In this document: in pieces, positions 10,225 through 20,600 of the stretch
How positions within the stretch are numbered: position 1 is the first letter of the stretch
Layout of the letters: every line of letters begins with the position of its first letter
DNA from: Limnothrix sp. BL-A-16
GTDB taxonomy: Bacteria > Cyanobacteriota > Cyanobacteriia > CACIAM-69d
Direction: 5' to 3'
Length of the DNA: 64,000 nt
Assembly (NCBI GenBank): GCA_041937175.2
Contig: CP166615.1
Span: forward strand, 2,176,001 to 2,240,000
Position numbers and translations under genes: made by a program
The notes under the pieces: generated by a model
What the model was told of the DNA's origin: nothing
Databases searched by the model: none
What the model saw: the letters and a program-made list of their open reading frames with translations, nothing else

Positions 10225-10462
10225 GTTCTGAAGAACCCAATTTGAGCAATCAAACTTGATACATGGTTAACTCAAAGCGATCCGCCCAGACAAGGGGCTT
10301 AAGCCCCTTGCCTCTATGGCTCTTAGCAACACTGAAGTTTTGATTGCAACGAGGTTCTGAAAAACCAAATCTGAGCGATCGAACTTGAGCGATCAAACTT
10401 GATACGTTACCAACTCAAAGCAACCTAACCAGACAAGGGGCTTAAGCCCCTTGCCCCTACGG
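10225..10462. repeat. Two diverged tandem units of about 100-110 bp, each ending in the CAAGGGGCTTAAGCCCCTTG palindrome
   Basis: gttctgaa...aaacttgatac...aactcaaagc...cagacaaggggcttaagccccttgcc occurs twice (cores at 10291 and 10434), between convergent genes. Confidence 0.8.
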
Positions 10463-10471
10463 CCGAATAGG

Positions 10472-11998
10472 TCAAGAATTGCGGCCAGTGGGTACACCGG
10501 GAATTGCGACATCCAAAGCAGTCACCGGCTGTCCCAATTGATTGAGCGGTGGCTGAATTGCTTTCTGATTTCCCACCACCAAGGTCACCAATTGATCAGG
10601 TTTTAGATAGGTCTGGGCTGCCCGTTGCACATCCTCGATCGTGGTCGCTTGAACGGCCTTTTGGTAGCGGAAAATGAAATCGGAAGGATAGCCGTAGTAA
10701 TCGTAGGTCATCAATCGGCTGAGGGTTTGAGACGGGTCAGCAAAGTTGAAAATAAAGGAATTGAGGGCCGATTCCTTGGCAAAATTCAACTCTTGATTAC
10801 TAATCGGTTGGCTCCGAACCTTGGCAATTTCTGCCTTTAACCCTTGAATGAGGGGCACAGTCCCTTCGGAGCGGGTTTGGCCACCGGCTTGGAAAGTGCC
10901 AGGAAAGTCATAGTTCGGACTCCAGTAACCATAGACCGAGTAAGCAAGGCCCTGGCGCGATCGCAGTTCGTTAAACAGGCGACCCCCAAAGCCATTCAGC
11001 ACATCATTGAGGACGGCCATGGCGGGGTAGTCGGTGTTGCTGACCAGGCCGCCCAGGTGACCCAGAACAACGGAGCTTTGGGTGAGCTGGGGCCGATCGA
11101 CCACAAATACACCGCCGGTCTGCACTTGGCTCACGGCGGGTAGCGAATTTTCACGGTTGGGGCCCGGTTGCCAGTCGCCCAGGCGGGCTTCAATCAGGCG
11201 GCGCATGGCCGCGCGATCGAAGTCCCCGGAAATGCCCAAGATGATGTTCTGGGGAACGAAATAGCGCCGATAGAACGACTCCACGGCCGGGCGATCGATG
11301 CGATCGAGCGTGGCATATTCCACCGTGCGGGCGTAGGGGCTGCTGGCTCCGTAGAGCAATTTGTCAAACTCACGGCTGGCGATGCCGTCGGGATCGTCGT
11401 TCCGGCGGGCAATGTTCCCCCGCAGTTGGGTTTTGGCGAGGGCAATTTTTTCCGGGGCAAAGGCGGGCGATCGCAGCACTTCCGTAAACCAGCCGAAGAC
11501 CGATTCCAGATCCTCGCTGAGGGCGCTGAAGCTGACACTACCGGAAGCAGTACCAATACTGGACTCGATCGAGGCGGCCCGGTCTTCCAGAAGCTGATCC
11601 AACGTGGCAGCATCGTGCTGCTGAGTGCCCCCCGATCGCAACACATCCCCCACCACGTCGGCTAAACCGGTCAGGTCTTCCGGTTCCCACCGGGATCCCG
11701 TCCGCACAATGGCCCGGCCCCCAACCAAGGGCAGTTCATGGTCTTCCATCAAATAGACCGTCAGGCCGTTGGTCAATTGGAAGCGATCGTAATCCGGCAG
11801 CTTCACCTCCGGCGGCGGCGGTAATTGTAACTCCGTGTAGTGCCTGGGGGTATCAGCCACGGCCGGCTGTCGCACTCCCAACACCAACAACCCCACCAAA
11901 AGGGTAATGGCTAGCCAGCGCCAGCGCCGATCGCGCCGAGGCTGGGCTGCGAACTGGCGCGGGGAACGACGCGCCCCGATCGAACGAAAAACCTTCAT
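10472..11998 (-). CDS. M16 (pitrilysin) peptidase, non-catalytic subunit
   Basis: LTNGLTVYLMEDHELPLV and RLFNELRSRQGLAYSV; no HxxEH; N-terminal signal-like segment. Confidence 0.9.
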   Translation of the reverse strand: MKVFRSIGARRSPRQFAAQPRRDRRWRWLAITLLVGLLVLGVRQPAVADTPRHYTELQLPPPPEVKLPDYDRFQLTNGLTVYLMEDHELPLVGGRAIVRTGSRWEPEDLTGLADVVGDVLRSGGTQQHDAATLDQLLEDRAASIESSIGTASGSVSFSALSEDLESVFGWFTEVLRSPAFAPEKIALAKTQLRGNIARRNDDPDGIASREFDKLLYGASSPYARTVEYATLDRIDRPAVESFYRRYFVPQNIILGISGDFDRAAMRRLIEARLGDWQPGPNRENSLPAVSQVQTGGVFVVDRPQLTQSSVVLGHLGGLVSNTDYPAMAVLNDVLNGFGGRLFNELRSRQGLAYSVYGYWSPNYDFPGTFQAGGQTRSEGTVPLIQGLKAEIAKVRSQPISNQELNFAKESALNSFIFNFADPSQTLSRLMTYDYYGYPSDFIFRYQKAVQATTIEDVQRAAQTYLKPDQLVTLVVGNQKAIQPPLNQLGQPVTALDVAIPGVPTGRNS

Positions 11999-12242
11999 GG
12001 CTACTCTGTACCCTCAATGAACCTTGCGCCTTGCGTTTTGCTCTCGATTCTGGATCTTGAATTCTGGATCTTGAATTCTGGATCCTGGATGTTGGAATGC
12101 TGGCTATTGGGCGACAGCATTTGGATCGCTGCTTTTTAGATCGCCACTTTTTGAATCGCCACTTTTGGCTGGAAGCTTCTGAATCGTGACTGAATGGGCC
12201 GCTTTTGCGCCATTCAGCCTCCTCAACCGATCGCCCCAAAGG

Positions 12243-14057
12243 TTATTTGGGCAATAGCTTCAGCACCGTGCGATTTTCAGGGGTGAAGGTCTTGCGAGCC
12301 ACCCGCTGCACATCGGCCGGCGAAATTGAACCAATTCGATCTAGCTCCGCAAACAAATTGCGCCAATTGCCCGTTTTGGCTTGATATTCCGCCAACAGGG
12401 CCGCCATGGTGCTGTTAGAGTCGATCGCCCGCAGTTGGTTGGCTCTGGCTTGGGTTTTCACGCGCTCTAGTTCCGCTTCGCTCACCGGCTCATTTTTCAG
12501 GCGATCGAGTTGGCGATGCAGTTCCACCGCAATTTCATCCACGGAATGATCCGGTGCGCTCAGGGCATAAAACAGCATCAGCGTTGGGTAGCGATCGCCC
12601 GGAAACCCGTATAAACCCGCGATCGAAAGGGCCAATTGCTTCTCCTGCACCACCGATTGATAAAGGCGAGACGTGCGCCCATCCGACAGCAAACTGGCGA
12701 TCGCCTCATAGACCACATAATCGGGATCCGTCTTGGCCGGTGCGTGATAGCCCTCCAAATACCAAGGCTGCGATTCAAGCTGCAAATTGACCGATCGGGT
12801 TGCCGTTTGGCGCGGTTCCACCGGAATTGGCAAATTGGGCAGGGGCCGCCGTTGGAATCGGCCAAAATAAATTTCCGCCAGCCGCTTCACCTCCGTCGGC
12901 ATCACATCCCCCACCACCACTGCCGTCAGGTTATTGGGCGGGTAATGGGCCTCATAGAAGCGGCGCACATCCAACCGGGTCAGGTTGCGGATGTCCTCGT
13001 CATAGCCAATCACCGGCCGATGGTAAGGATGCACCTTAAAGGCTGCTTCCAAAAACACTTCCACGGCCTTCCCGATCGGGGAGTTGTCCGTGCGCATCCG
13101 GCGTTCTTCCAGGATCACATCCTGTTCCTTATAAAACTCCCGAAACACCGGATCCAGGAAGCGTTCTGACTCCAGCGACATCCACAACTCCAGCTTATTG
13201 GCCGGAAAACTATAGAAATAGCGCGTGGCATCCGCAGACGTGGTGGCATTGAGTCCCACGCCGCCCGCCTGTTCTACCAAACGCCCAAATTCGTTCTGTT
13301 TCACAAAGGGTTGCGCCTGCTGTTCCAGAGCCAGCAACTGTTGGCGCAGTTGTTGGGCTTCAGCGGTTTTGCCCTGGTCGCGGGCCGTTTCGTACTGAAC
13401 CGTCAAGGCATCCATGCGATCGAGAATCGCCTTTTCTGACTCAAAATCGGTTGTGCCAATCCGGCTGGATCCCTTGAACGCCAAATGCTCCAGAAAGTGG
13501 GCCACGCCTGTTTTGCCGTCCGGCTCTTCCGCGCCGCCCACATTGGCATAGGTCATGAAGGAAACCACCGGAGCCTGGTGACGCTCCAGCACAATGAATT
13601 TCATCCCGTTCTTGAGGGTGAATTCAGTGATTTGCTGTTGCACCCGATCGAGGTAGGGCTTAATCGACGCGGCCTTGGCTGTGGCCGAGTGGCCATTCAG
13701 TCCCGCCGCCGTTACGTCTTTGCCGATCACGTTGCTAATCACCGGGCCGCTCATCGGCTCAGTCGTGGGGGGAGTAGAGATGACATCAGAAGCAGCATCG
13801 GGGGCAACAGTCGCAAGGGATGGCGCAGAGAACCATGGCGATGTGTCCAAGGCCCAGGCCACCGGGACCGCACCGGAACCCAACCACAGGGATCCCGTGA
13901 GGCCCAACCAACCGGCCACCAGCCCGATCGCCCGGACAAGGCCAAACCCCTTAGCCCGTAGGACTTGTCCCAGATGATGCACCAATGCCAAGCGATCGCC
14001 CGATCGCCCTAACTGCTGCCATTTGCCGTGATTTATGCCTGACAACATGCCTGCCAA
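12243..14057 (-). CDS. M16 (pitrilysin) zinc peptidase, catalytic subunit
   Basis: GVAHFLEHLAFKG, NATTS and EQDVILEERRMR motifs; start uncertain. Confidence 0.92.
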   Translation of the reverse strand: MAGMLSGINHGKWQQLGRSGDRLALVHHLGQVLRAKGFGLVRAIGLVAGWLGLTGSLWLGSGAVPVAWALDTSPWFSAPSLATVAPDAASDVISTPPTTEPMSGPVISNVIGKDVTAAGLNGHSATAKAASIKPYLDRVQQQITEFTLKNGMKFIVLERHQAPVVSFMTYANVGGAEEPDGKTGVAHFLEHLAFKGSSRIGTTDFESEKAILDRMDALTVQYETARDQGKTAEAQQLRQQLLALEQQAQPFVKQNEFGRLVEQAGGVGLNATTSADATRYFYSFPANKLELWMSLESERFLDPVFREFYKEQDVILEERRMRTDNSPIGKAVEVFLEAAFKVHPYHRPVIGYDEDIRNLTRLDVRRFYEAHYPPNNLTAVVVGDVMPTEVKRLAEIYFGRFQRRPLPNLPIPVEPRQTATRSVNLQLESQPWYLEGYHAPAKTDPDYVVYEAIASLLSDGRTSRLYQSVVQEKQLALSIAGLYGFPGDRYPTLMLFYALSAPDHSVDEIAVELHRQLDRLKNEPVSEAELERVKTQARANQLRAIDSNSTMAALLAEYQAKTGNWRNLFAELDRIGSISPADVQRVARKTFTPENRTVLKLLPK

Positions 14058-14797
14058 TCGTGGGTATGTGTTGAAGTGAGAATTACAGTGCCGAGCGCGT
14101 TCAAAGAGCGTTTAAGGGTGGAGAAAAACAGCACCCGCCTCAGGCAAATTTAAAGAAATATTGCCTTGACCGAAACACCAGCCTGGTGACCCAAGCTGGC
14201 GAGCAGCTTCCAGCATAGTCGAGCCGCCGGATTTCATGGGCAGTTCAGAGCCGTCAGCCAAAACTTACGGAATCATGAACTTCGGTAGGCAAAGGATCAG
14301 TTTTATAACGTTCCCTTAATCCCAGACCCAGTATCCCCTGGCCCCGTTGACAATAGCGATCAATAGAGAAGCGCGATCGCCCGGACACCACCAGCCCCCT
14401 GAGGTGCTGAAGCGGTTGCTCCCACCATTGCGCGATCGCCATCTATGGTGCAACTGATGGCGTGATCCTGTAGGCGCGTTTGTGGCGCGATCCTGTGGGC
14501 GCGATCGCACTGATCAGCGTCTGTGGGCATGGGTGTTTCGTTACAAGTTTCTTGACCGGGGTTGATGAGGTCAATGAGTAGGGGCGATCGGTCAGGTCAA
14601 TCCGCAGCATTGCAGAGCGATCGAGAGATTGGCCCCCACTGCTCAGTTCATCTCAATACATCCTCAGTTCCTCAAAACGGTTTGCCCCTTGTCGTTTTCT
14701 CTTGACTTCCTGTTGTTCACCCGTCTTTTTTCCTAATGGTCGATCACCCCTTTTTGCATTCTTAATCCCACTGGCTTGCGTCCAAGGAGTCCTAGCC

Positions 14798-15421
14798 ATG
14801 CTGCGTATCGCTCACCGCCCATCCCCTTCTGAAACTGAAACCCGCACCCGCATTCTGCAAGCGGCTCAGCAGCTATTTGCCCGTCAGGGTTACGATGCCA
14901 CCACCACCCGCGACCTGGCCCGGGCGGCTGGCGTGGCCGAAGGAACCCTGTTTCGGCATTTTGATCACAAAAAATCAATTTTGGTGGAAATTGCCACCCA
15001 AGGTTGGGTCGAAATTCTGACAGATTTGCTCATGGAACTGAGCGAAATGGCCAGCTATCGAGCCATCTCGCAAGTCATGCGCAAGCGGATGAGCAACCTG
15101 AAGCAAAATGCCGACATGATGCGAGTTTGTTTCATGGAAGCTCAATTTCACCCAGAATTGCGCGATCGCATCCAAGTGGAGGTGATTGCCAAAATGATGG
15201 ATGTGACTGAGGCCTTTTTCCAAACTGCGATCGATCGGGGAATTTATCGCCCCATGAATCCCCGCATCATTGCGCGGGTCTTTTTGGGCATGTTCGCGAT
15301 CGCTGGCTTCAGCGAGTTGACCATTATGGAGCCGAATATTTCCCCCCGAGAGCTTCAGGAAATGGCTGAAGGCATTGCTGATATTTTCCTCAACGGAGTG
15401 CTCGACAAAACCAACACCTAG
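14798..15421 (+). CDS. TetR/AcrR family transcriptional regulator
   Basis: RILQAAQQLFARQGYDATTTRDLARAAGVAEGTLFRHF HTH; AAGGAG RBS upstream of ATG 14798. Confidence 0.92.
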   Translation: MLRIAHRPSPSETETRTRILQAAQQLFARQGYDATTTRDLARAAGVAEGTLFRHFDHKKSILVEIATQGWVEILTDLLMELSEMASYRAISQVMRKRMSNLKQNADMMRVCFMEAQFHPELRDRIQVEVIAKMMDVTEAFFQTAIDRGIYRPMNPRIIARVFLGMFAIAGFSELTIMEPNISPRELQEMAEGIADIFLNGVLDKTNT

Positions 15422-15510
15422 TAGCTCAGCAGGTAGTAGCTCAGCAGGGCAACGGTTAAACGGTAAAAAACTTTTGCCAAATTTACCTGCCAAATTTACC
15501 TGCCGCGCCC

Positions 15511-16146
15511 CTAGACCTGGTGCAATGTGGCAATCACCCAAACATCGCAGAGCAATAGCAACAGGGCACAACCCAGTAGGGCGATATACATCCAAGGTTG
15601 CGCCAAGGGCCTGACATCGCGCATATCCAGGCCCGTTTGTCCTTGCACTTGCTTCACCAAACGGGAAAAGCCCGCAACCCGCATGGGCAGCAAATAGCCT
15701 TCGCCCGATCGACTCAGGAAATAGTAAACCAAGCCGCCTTGGCCGGTCGTTTTGGGTTTCAGCGCTTGGATATCGCTCCAGGACAAAAACCAACCCTTAC
15801 GAATCAGCCAGCGAAACCAAACGGGATAGGTGACGCGGATCCCTTCTGTGGTTAGCTCCACTTGCTCAGACAAGGCTCCCCACAACAACACCAGCCCGAT
15901 CGCCAGGCCAACCCACAGCATCGAGGGTGAAATGCTTGGGGAAATGCTCGGATCGTGGGCTGCCCCATTCACCTGGGTCAAAAAGGGTAGCGGAAGGGTT
16001 AGGGCCCCATACAGCAAAACCAGGGTGAGCCGAATCAAAATTGAAATTCGGTAGGTTTTGGGAAGGGGGAGTTCTGGGGCGATCGGGGATTGGGGAGCCG
16101 CTGCGGACGAGGACGGGGCGATCGAGTTCGGAGGTGGCGAAGACAT
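15511..16146 (-). CDS. Conserved cyanobacterial hypothetical membrane protein
   Basis: Three hydrophobic segments; TTGQGGLVYYF and LLPMRVAGF motifs. Confidence 0.75.
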   Translation of the reverse strand: MSSPPPNSIAPSSSAAAPQSPIAPELPLPKTYRISILIRLTLVLLYGALTLPLPFLTQVNGAAHDPSISPSISPSMLWVGLAIGLVLLWGALSEQVELTTEGIRVTYPVWFRWLIRKGWFLSWSDIQALKPKTTGQGGLVYYFLSRSGEGYLLPMRVAGFSRLVKQVQGQTGLDMRDVRPLAQPWMYIALLGCALLLLLCDVWVIATLHQV

Positions 16147-16240
16147 CCAGCAAACTCCTCAGGCTTCACGATTCTTGATGGTTTTCGCCTCTAGGGTAAC
16201 GCGCTGGCTCGATCGCCAGGGATCAGCCGCCAAATAGGAT

Positions 16241-16272
16241 AAACCCCCGGTCGCGATCGCCACTGGGGGTTT
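16241..16272 (-). terminator. Hairpin downstream of psaM, probable intrinsic terminator
   Basis: AAACCCCCGGT-cgcgatcgcc-ACTGGGGGTTT with a HIP1 site in the loop. Confidence 0.55.
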
Positions 16273-16382
16273 GCTCAACCGATCTTGAACAGGTTCGCGA
16301 TCGCGACCCCCCAAGACCAAGAACTCAATGATCGAGAGCTGTCGATTAGCTGCCGATCAACTGCCGATCAACGGACTCGAAC

Positions 16383-16475
16383 TTACTTGTACAGTTCGGT
16401 CGAAAGGCGGAAAGCCAGAATGCCGGGGATGATGGCAATAACTAGGGCGACGTAAACTTGCGTATCCGAAAGCAT
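16383..16475 (-). CDS. psaM: Photosystem I subunit XII, 30 aa (below the ORF-track cutoff)
   Basis: Hand translation MLSDTQVYVALVIAIIPGILAFRLSTELYK*; GGAG upstream. Confidence 0.96.
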   Translation of the reverse strand: MLSDTQVYVALVIAIIPGILAFRLSTELYK

Positions 16476-16621
16476 CGCTCTAAAGACTCCAGATGTTAAA
16501 GGGACTGACTTCACTACTTTCAACCACCCGGCTCAATTCAGGAATAGGTTCGTTACAAGGCGTAATAACAGCGTTAGGCTAGTAGGAGTTGCAAAATTTG
16601 CCATCAGACCATTGGCCCGAA

Positions 16622-17410
16622 ATGCTCGATCAGTTCCTCGACTTTTACCCCAGCTTTGGCGTTGACACCGCGCTGTTGTTATTGGTGTTGGTGGCGTTGG
16701 AGGCCGTGCTCTCGGCCGACAACGCAATCGCCCTCGCGGCGATCGCCCAAGGATTGCAGGATCCCCAACAACGCACCCGGGCCTTAAATTTTGGGCTAGT
16801 GGCAGCTTTCATTCTGCGCATTGCCCTGATTTTGCTCGCCACTTGGGTGATCCGCTATTGGCAAATTGAAATGGTGGGGGCCCTCTATCTCCTGTGGCTC
16901 AGCTTCAAGTTTTTCACGGGGGAAAATGACGACGATGGCGAGGGCCACAAGGCATTTCGGTTCCAAAATCTTTGGCAAGCCGTTCCCACCATTGCGCTCA
17001 CTGACCTGGCCTTTTCCCTGGATAGCGTCACCACCGCGATCGCCATTTCTGACCACACCTGGCTGGTGCTGACAGGGGGAACCCTAGGAATCATTACCCT
17101 GCGCTTTATGGCCGGGCTGTTTATCCGCTGGTTGGATGAGTATGAAAACTTAGCGGCCGCCGGCTATGTCACCGTGGGCTTTGTTGGTGCGCGTCTGTTT
17201 TTGAAGGCGATCGAGGGAGCCTTGGGGGTCGATCTTTGGGTTCCGCCCGATTGGATGACGATCAGTTTCATAGCCATCACCTTCATTTGGGGATTCTCGG
17301 TGCGTAAGGAGTCCGTACAAACGGAAACGGTTGCCGCAGAGTCGATCGCCCCTAACCCCACCTCCGAAGCCCAAGACCAACCAGCCCCAGAGCCGATCGA
17401 CCAGCGATAG
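16622..17410 (+). CDS. terC: TerC family membrane protein
   Basis: LEAVLSADNA and DLAFSLDSV motifs. Confidence 0.9.
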   Translation: MLDQFLDFYPSFGVDTALLLLVLVALEAVLSADNAIALAAIAQGLQDPQQRTRALNFGLVAAFILRIALILLATWVIRYWQIEMVGALYLLWLSFKFFTGENDDDGEGHKAFRFQNLWQAVPTIALTDLAFSLDSVTTAIAISDHTWLVLTGGTLGIITLRFMAGLFIRWLDEYENLAAAGYVTVGFVGARLFLKAIEGALGVDLWVPPDWMTISFIAITFIWGFSVRKESVQTETVAAESIAPNPTSEAQDQPAPEPIDQR

Positions 17411-17720
17411 GGCTTTTGGATCAGAAATTCCCAATAGAGCCAAATAGCTCTAAGCAAATCCAAAATCATTCCAAAAATCCGAAGGATTCCGAGCTGCTCC
17501 GCCGGATCTTTCGGATTTGCTGTTTGGAGGTGGACTCCAATTGGTGCAAATAGACTCAGGAATAAACTGCAAAATGAACCGCCCAGCACAGTATTCCAGG
17601 GCGATCGCTCAAATGTTGAGCAGGCATGGCAGACCCACAGTTGGGTATTGAACGAACCAAAGCCGCGATCGCAGGATGGACTGAACTAGGCGGATAACCA
17701 ACCTAACGGAGCAAAGAACC

Positions 17721-17882
17721 TTAGGAATCGAGACGCTGCCGCGAAAGGGCTTGCAACTGTTGCAACAGGGACTCGATATCCGCTTGCAGGTGCAGGAACT
17801 CAATTTGTTGCTTGACATCGAAGGGCAACTGCACTGCCTCTGCCGCCGCCGGTTTACTTACCACAGAAGACGCACTAGCCAT
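17721..17882 (-). CDS. Small hypothetical protein, 53 aa, coiled-coil C-terminus
   Basis: MASASSVV...QQIEFLHLQADIESLLQQLQALSRQR; the C-terminal helix resembles a recurring cyanobacterial small protein (from memory, not searched). Confidence 0.6.
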   Translation of the reverse strand: MASASSVVSKPAAAEAVQLPFDVKQQIEFLHLQADIESLLQQLQALSRQRLDS

Positions 17883-18264
17883 AGGTTTACTGAAGAAAAA
17901 TGAAGATCGTGGTGGTTTGAAGCAAGTATTTTGGCGCAATTCTAACGCGAAGTTTACAATTGTCCACCCCTCGTTACGAATTAACCCCGCCTGAGACAGA
18001 CCCCGATCGAGACTCTATGACCCACAGTGCGGGCCGATCGCCCCATTTCCTGTGCTCCGGGTGTGGGTTTCCGATCCGGAACCTCACCCCCACCAAGTCC
18101 CCGGGGGATCGTTAACCTGTTGCCAGGGGCCGCGGTCATTTTGCCCGGGACGACTTCTCATTCTGTGGCTCAACTCCACATCCTCAACCCATTGCTTAAT
18201 TGGATCAACTAATTGAATAGTCAAGATCAACTAATCACTAGACCAATTGCCTAATTGAATTCAC

Positions 18265-18439
18265 TAGACCTCTTGCGCGAATCAGCTAACAGCCCTCATC
18301 CCCCAACCCCTTCTCCCAAGGAGGGCGAAGGGGAGCCAGAAATCGAGAATAACGGCGATTTCGCTGTTGGTTGTCAAGTCCCTCTCCTGACTTGGGAGAG
18401 GGATTTAGGGTGAGGGTTTTGATTGATGCAAGAGGTCTA
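18265..18439. mobile_element. MITE-like element with 12-bp TIRs enclosing a REP-like inverted doublet
   Basis: TAGACCTCTTGC...GCAAGAGGTCTA perfect inverted ends; inside, CCCTCATCCCCCAACCCCTTCTCCC...GGGAGAGGGATTTAGGGTGAGGG. Confidence 0.75.
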
Positions 18440-19463
18440 CTAAACCAATTGCCTGATTAAGCCGATCGCCCCGTTGAAAGATCGCCACGGAAAATCGCCG
18501 AAGCCTTCAGGCGTTCAGCATTTCCAGGAACGGATTCCCAGGAAAGTACGCTCAGGAAAATTATTTGCAGGAAATCAACCTTCAGAAACTGAATCACGAT
18601 GGATCAGTCGTCAAAGTGTCTTGTCGTAAACCGCCTTTCTCTTGAAGTGCTGAAGGCTGGGACGACAAAATCAGCATTATTGATTTTTCTTGATTAATTT
18701 CGTCTCGATCGACTGCATCTCGATCGGCTCTGGTGGGTTGAACATACCCTTTGATCAGAAAGAGTGCCGACGACTGTCCGTGTTTCGTCTCGGCACTCTT
18801 ACTGGTTCGCTCCTCACACACCACCAGAATGATAGCCGAGGAATTTGAATCTGTCACCCCATCGCCACCCAAAATCCATCAAAAATTCACGTCCTTGTCA
18901 TGGAAACCCATCCCCATCAAGGGTTGGGGCATTTAAGAAATTTTTTCGCGCGTCATAATTTTGGGGCTGAATCGGCGCAAATCCTGTGGATCGCCCCCCG
19001 ATCGCGTTGTATCGATCCAAGGAAGCAACTGACTAAGGCAGTTTTCTCAAAATATTACCCAAAACATCTACTCATCGATATAAACCGATGAAATGAATCG
19101 AGATCAAATGGGCCAAGTCAATGTCAAATCAGCAAACCCAACCAGCCGATCGAGCAGTTCATGTCGCCCAGATCAGGGATTGTGGCTTGTTTGACCAAGC
19201 CCAGGAAAACTGTGAAAAAATTGGGCAGACATCTACCCGAGTTTTTCCCGAGTTTTGAATATACTGGGCAGCAATAGAACTTTGATACATCCTCCATCCC
19301 AGATCGAGACCAGCAGCCCGAAACGAGAACCCATGAGATTTTGGGTGCAATGTAAACGAGCTGTTTCAGGAATGGGGCCTCCGTATTTTCACGGTTATGA
19401 TACGGATGATCCCTTGGGCTATCTACTTTCGATCGCTGTCCCTTTTGCACTGGGTTTCCTGTC

Positions 19464-20231
19464 ATGTATTCGCCTCTGACGCAGTCCGAATTTGATCGCC
19501 CCTTCCTGACTTGGCAGCGTGTGCTGGATTGGGCCCAGGATCACTACCGCTGCCGCACTTTCGGCAAAGATGAAAAGATTCCCACTCGCCCGGGCCTCTT
19601 GTATCTCGTAGAGCGCGGTGCGGTGCGACTGGTTGGCTCGTCGGTCATGACTGCCACGGCTGCCATTCAGGATCAAGATGAAGACGAGGACGGACTCGAT
19701 CCCGCAATGGATGAGGCTTTTCTGGGGTTTGTGGGGCCTGGGCAGCCCTTTGAAATCATTGCCCAGTCGCCCTTCGCACTCCAAAGCTACGCCCATGTGG
19801 ATCGCACCAGTGTGCTGTGGATGTATTGGAACGACTTGGAAAATTGGCCCCACTTCCGCCGTGAAGTGCTGGATGCGTTCCGTCAACAGCACCAACGGAA
19901 GCTGCTGTGGTTGAGCACCTTGGGCCAACGCCGCACGATCGATCGCCTGTTGGGCTATCTGACTCTTCTGATTGAGGAGTTTGGTCAAACCTGTGACGAT
20001 GGCTATTACTTGCCCTGGACGTTAACCCATGCCCAAATTGGCAGTGCGATCGGCTCAACGCGAGTGACCGTGACCCGCCTGATGGGGAAACTGCGGAAGC
20101 GCGGCCTGATTAGCACCCACGGCGATGGTCTGATTTGCCTGCCAGCGGAAGTGATGGGTAAATCCTTACGAGATGTCAGCCCCAAAGCAACCCTGATTAC
20201 CGAGTCTCTGCCCCTAGCTGCGGCCGTGTAG
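19464..20231 (+). CDS. devH: Crp/Fnr family regulator, DevH-like
   Basis: RPFLTWQRVLDWAQDHYRCRTF, NWPHFRREV and LTHAQIGSAIGSTRVTVTRLMGKLR closely match my recollection of Anabaena DevH. Confidence 0.8.
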   Translation: MYSPLTQSEFDRPFLTWQRVLDWAQDHYRCRTFGKDEKIPTRPGLLYLVERGAVRLVGSSVMTATAAIQDQDEDEDGLDPAMDEAFLGFVGPGQPFEIIAQSPFALQSYAHVDRTSVLWMYWNDLENWPHFRREVLDAFRQQHQRKLLWLSTLGQRRTIDRLLGYLTLLIEEFGQTCDDGYYLPWTLTHAQIGSAIGSTRVTVTRLMGKLRKRGLISTHGDGLICLPAEVMGKSLRDVSPKATLITESLPLAAAV

Positions 20232-20600
20232 GCGAGATTACGCGATCGGGACTATGGCGGGGCTATGGCGAGGCCATGTGGGCATTTTTCGCTGCTCCCG
20301 TCACTGTCCTATTCACTGCCTTAATTGTTGGTTGTTCCCAAGGATCCTCGGTTGAAGGAGCAGCAGCCTACGGCAAACCTACACCGCTGACGCAAAATAG
20401 AGACGGTTCTGGTTGAAAGTGACGGAAACGGAAATCAATGAGCCGGATTCTGAACCATGGATTCAGAGTCCGGTTTCGATCACTTTCCCGTGAGTTCGCT
20501 TTCGGCTTAGAACTTTGGTTCGCATCGTCGCTGGGAGGGGGAAAATGCCAAGCCAGGACGATTGCTGTTGCTCTTTTTTGGTACTGCTGCACCAGGGCCT

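Noticed and set aside
10225..10462. Mini-CRISPR with palindromic repeats
   Set aside because: Only two repeats, about 120 bp apart; the intervening sequences are homologous to each other and the palindrome is dispersed elsewhere
16552..16569. RpaB HLR1 site upstream of psaM (GTTACAAG-GC-GTAATAAC)
   Set aside because: Second half-site too degenerate to support
18594..19479. Short ORFs upstream of the devH-like gene
   Set aside because: Atypical composition, no motifs, and mutually overlapping; treated as non-coding
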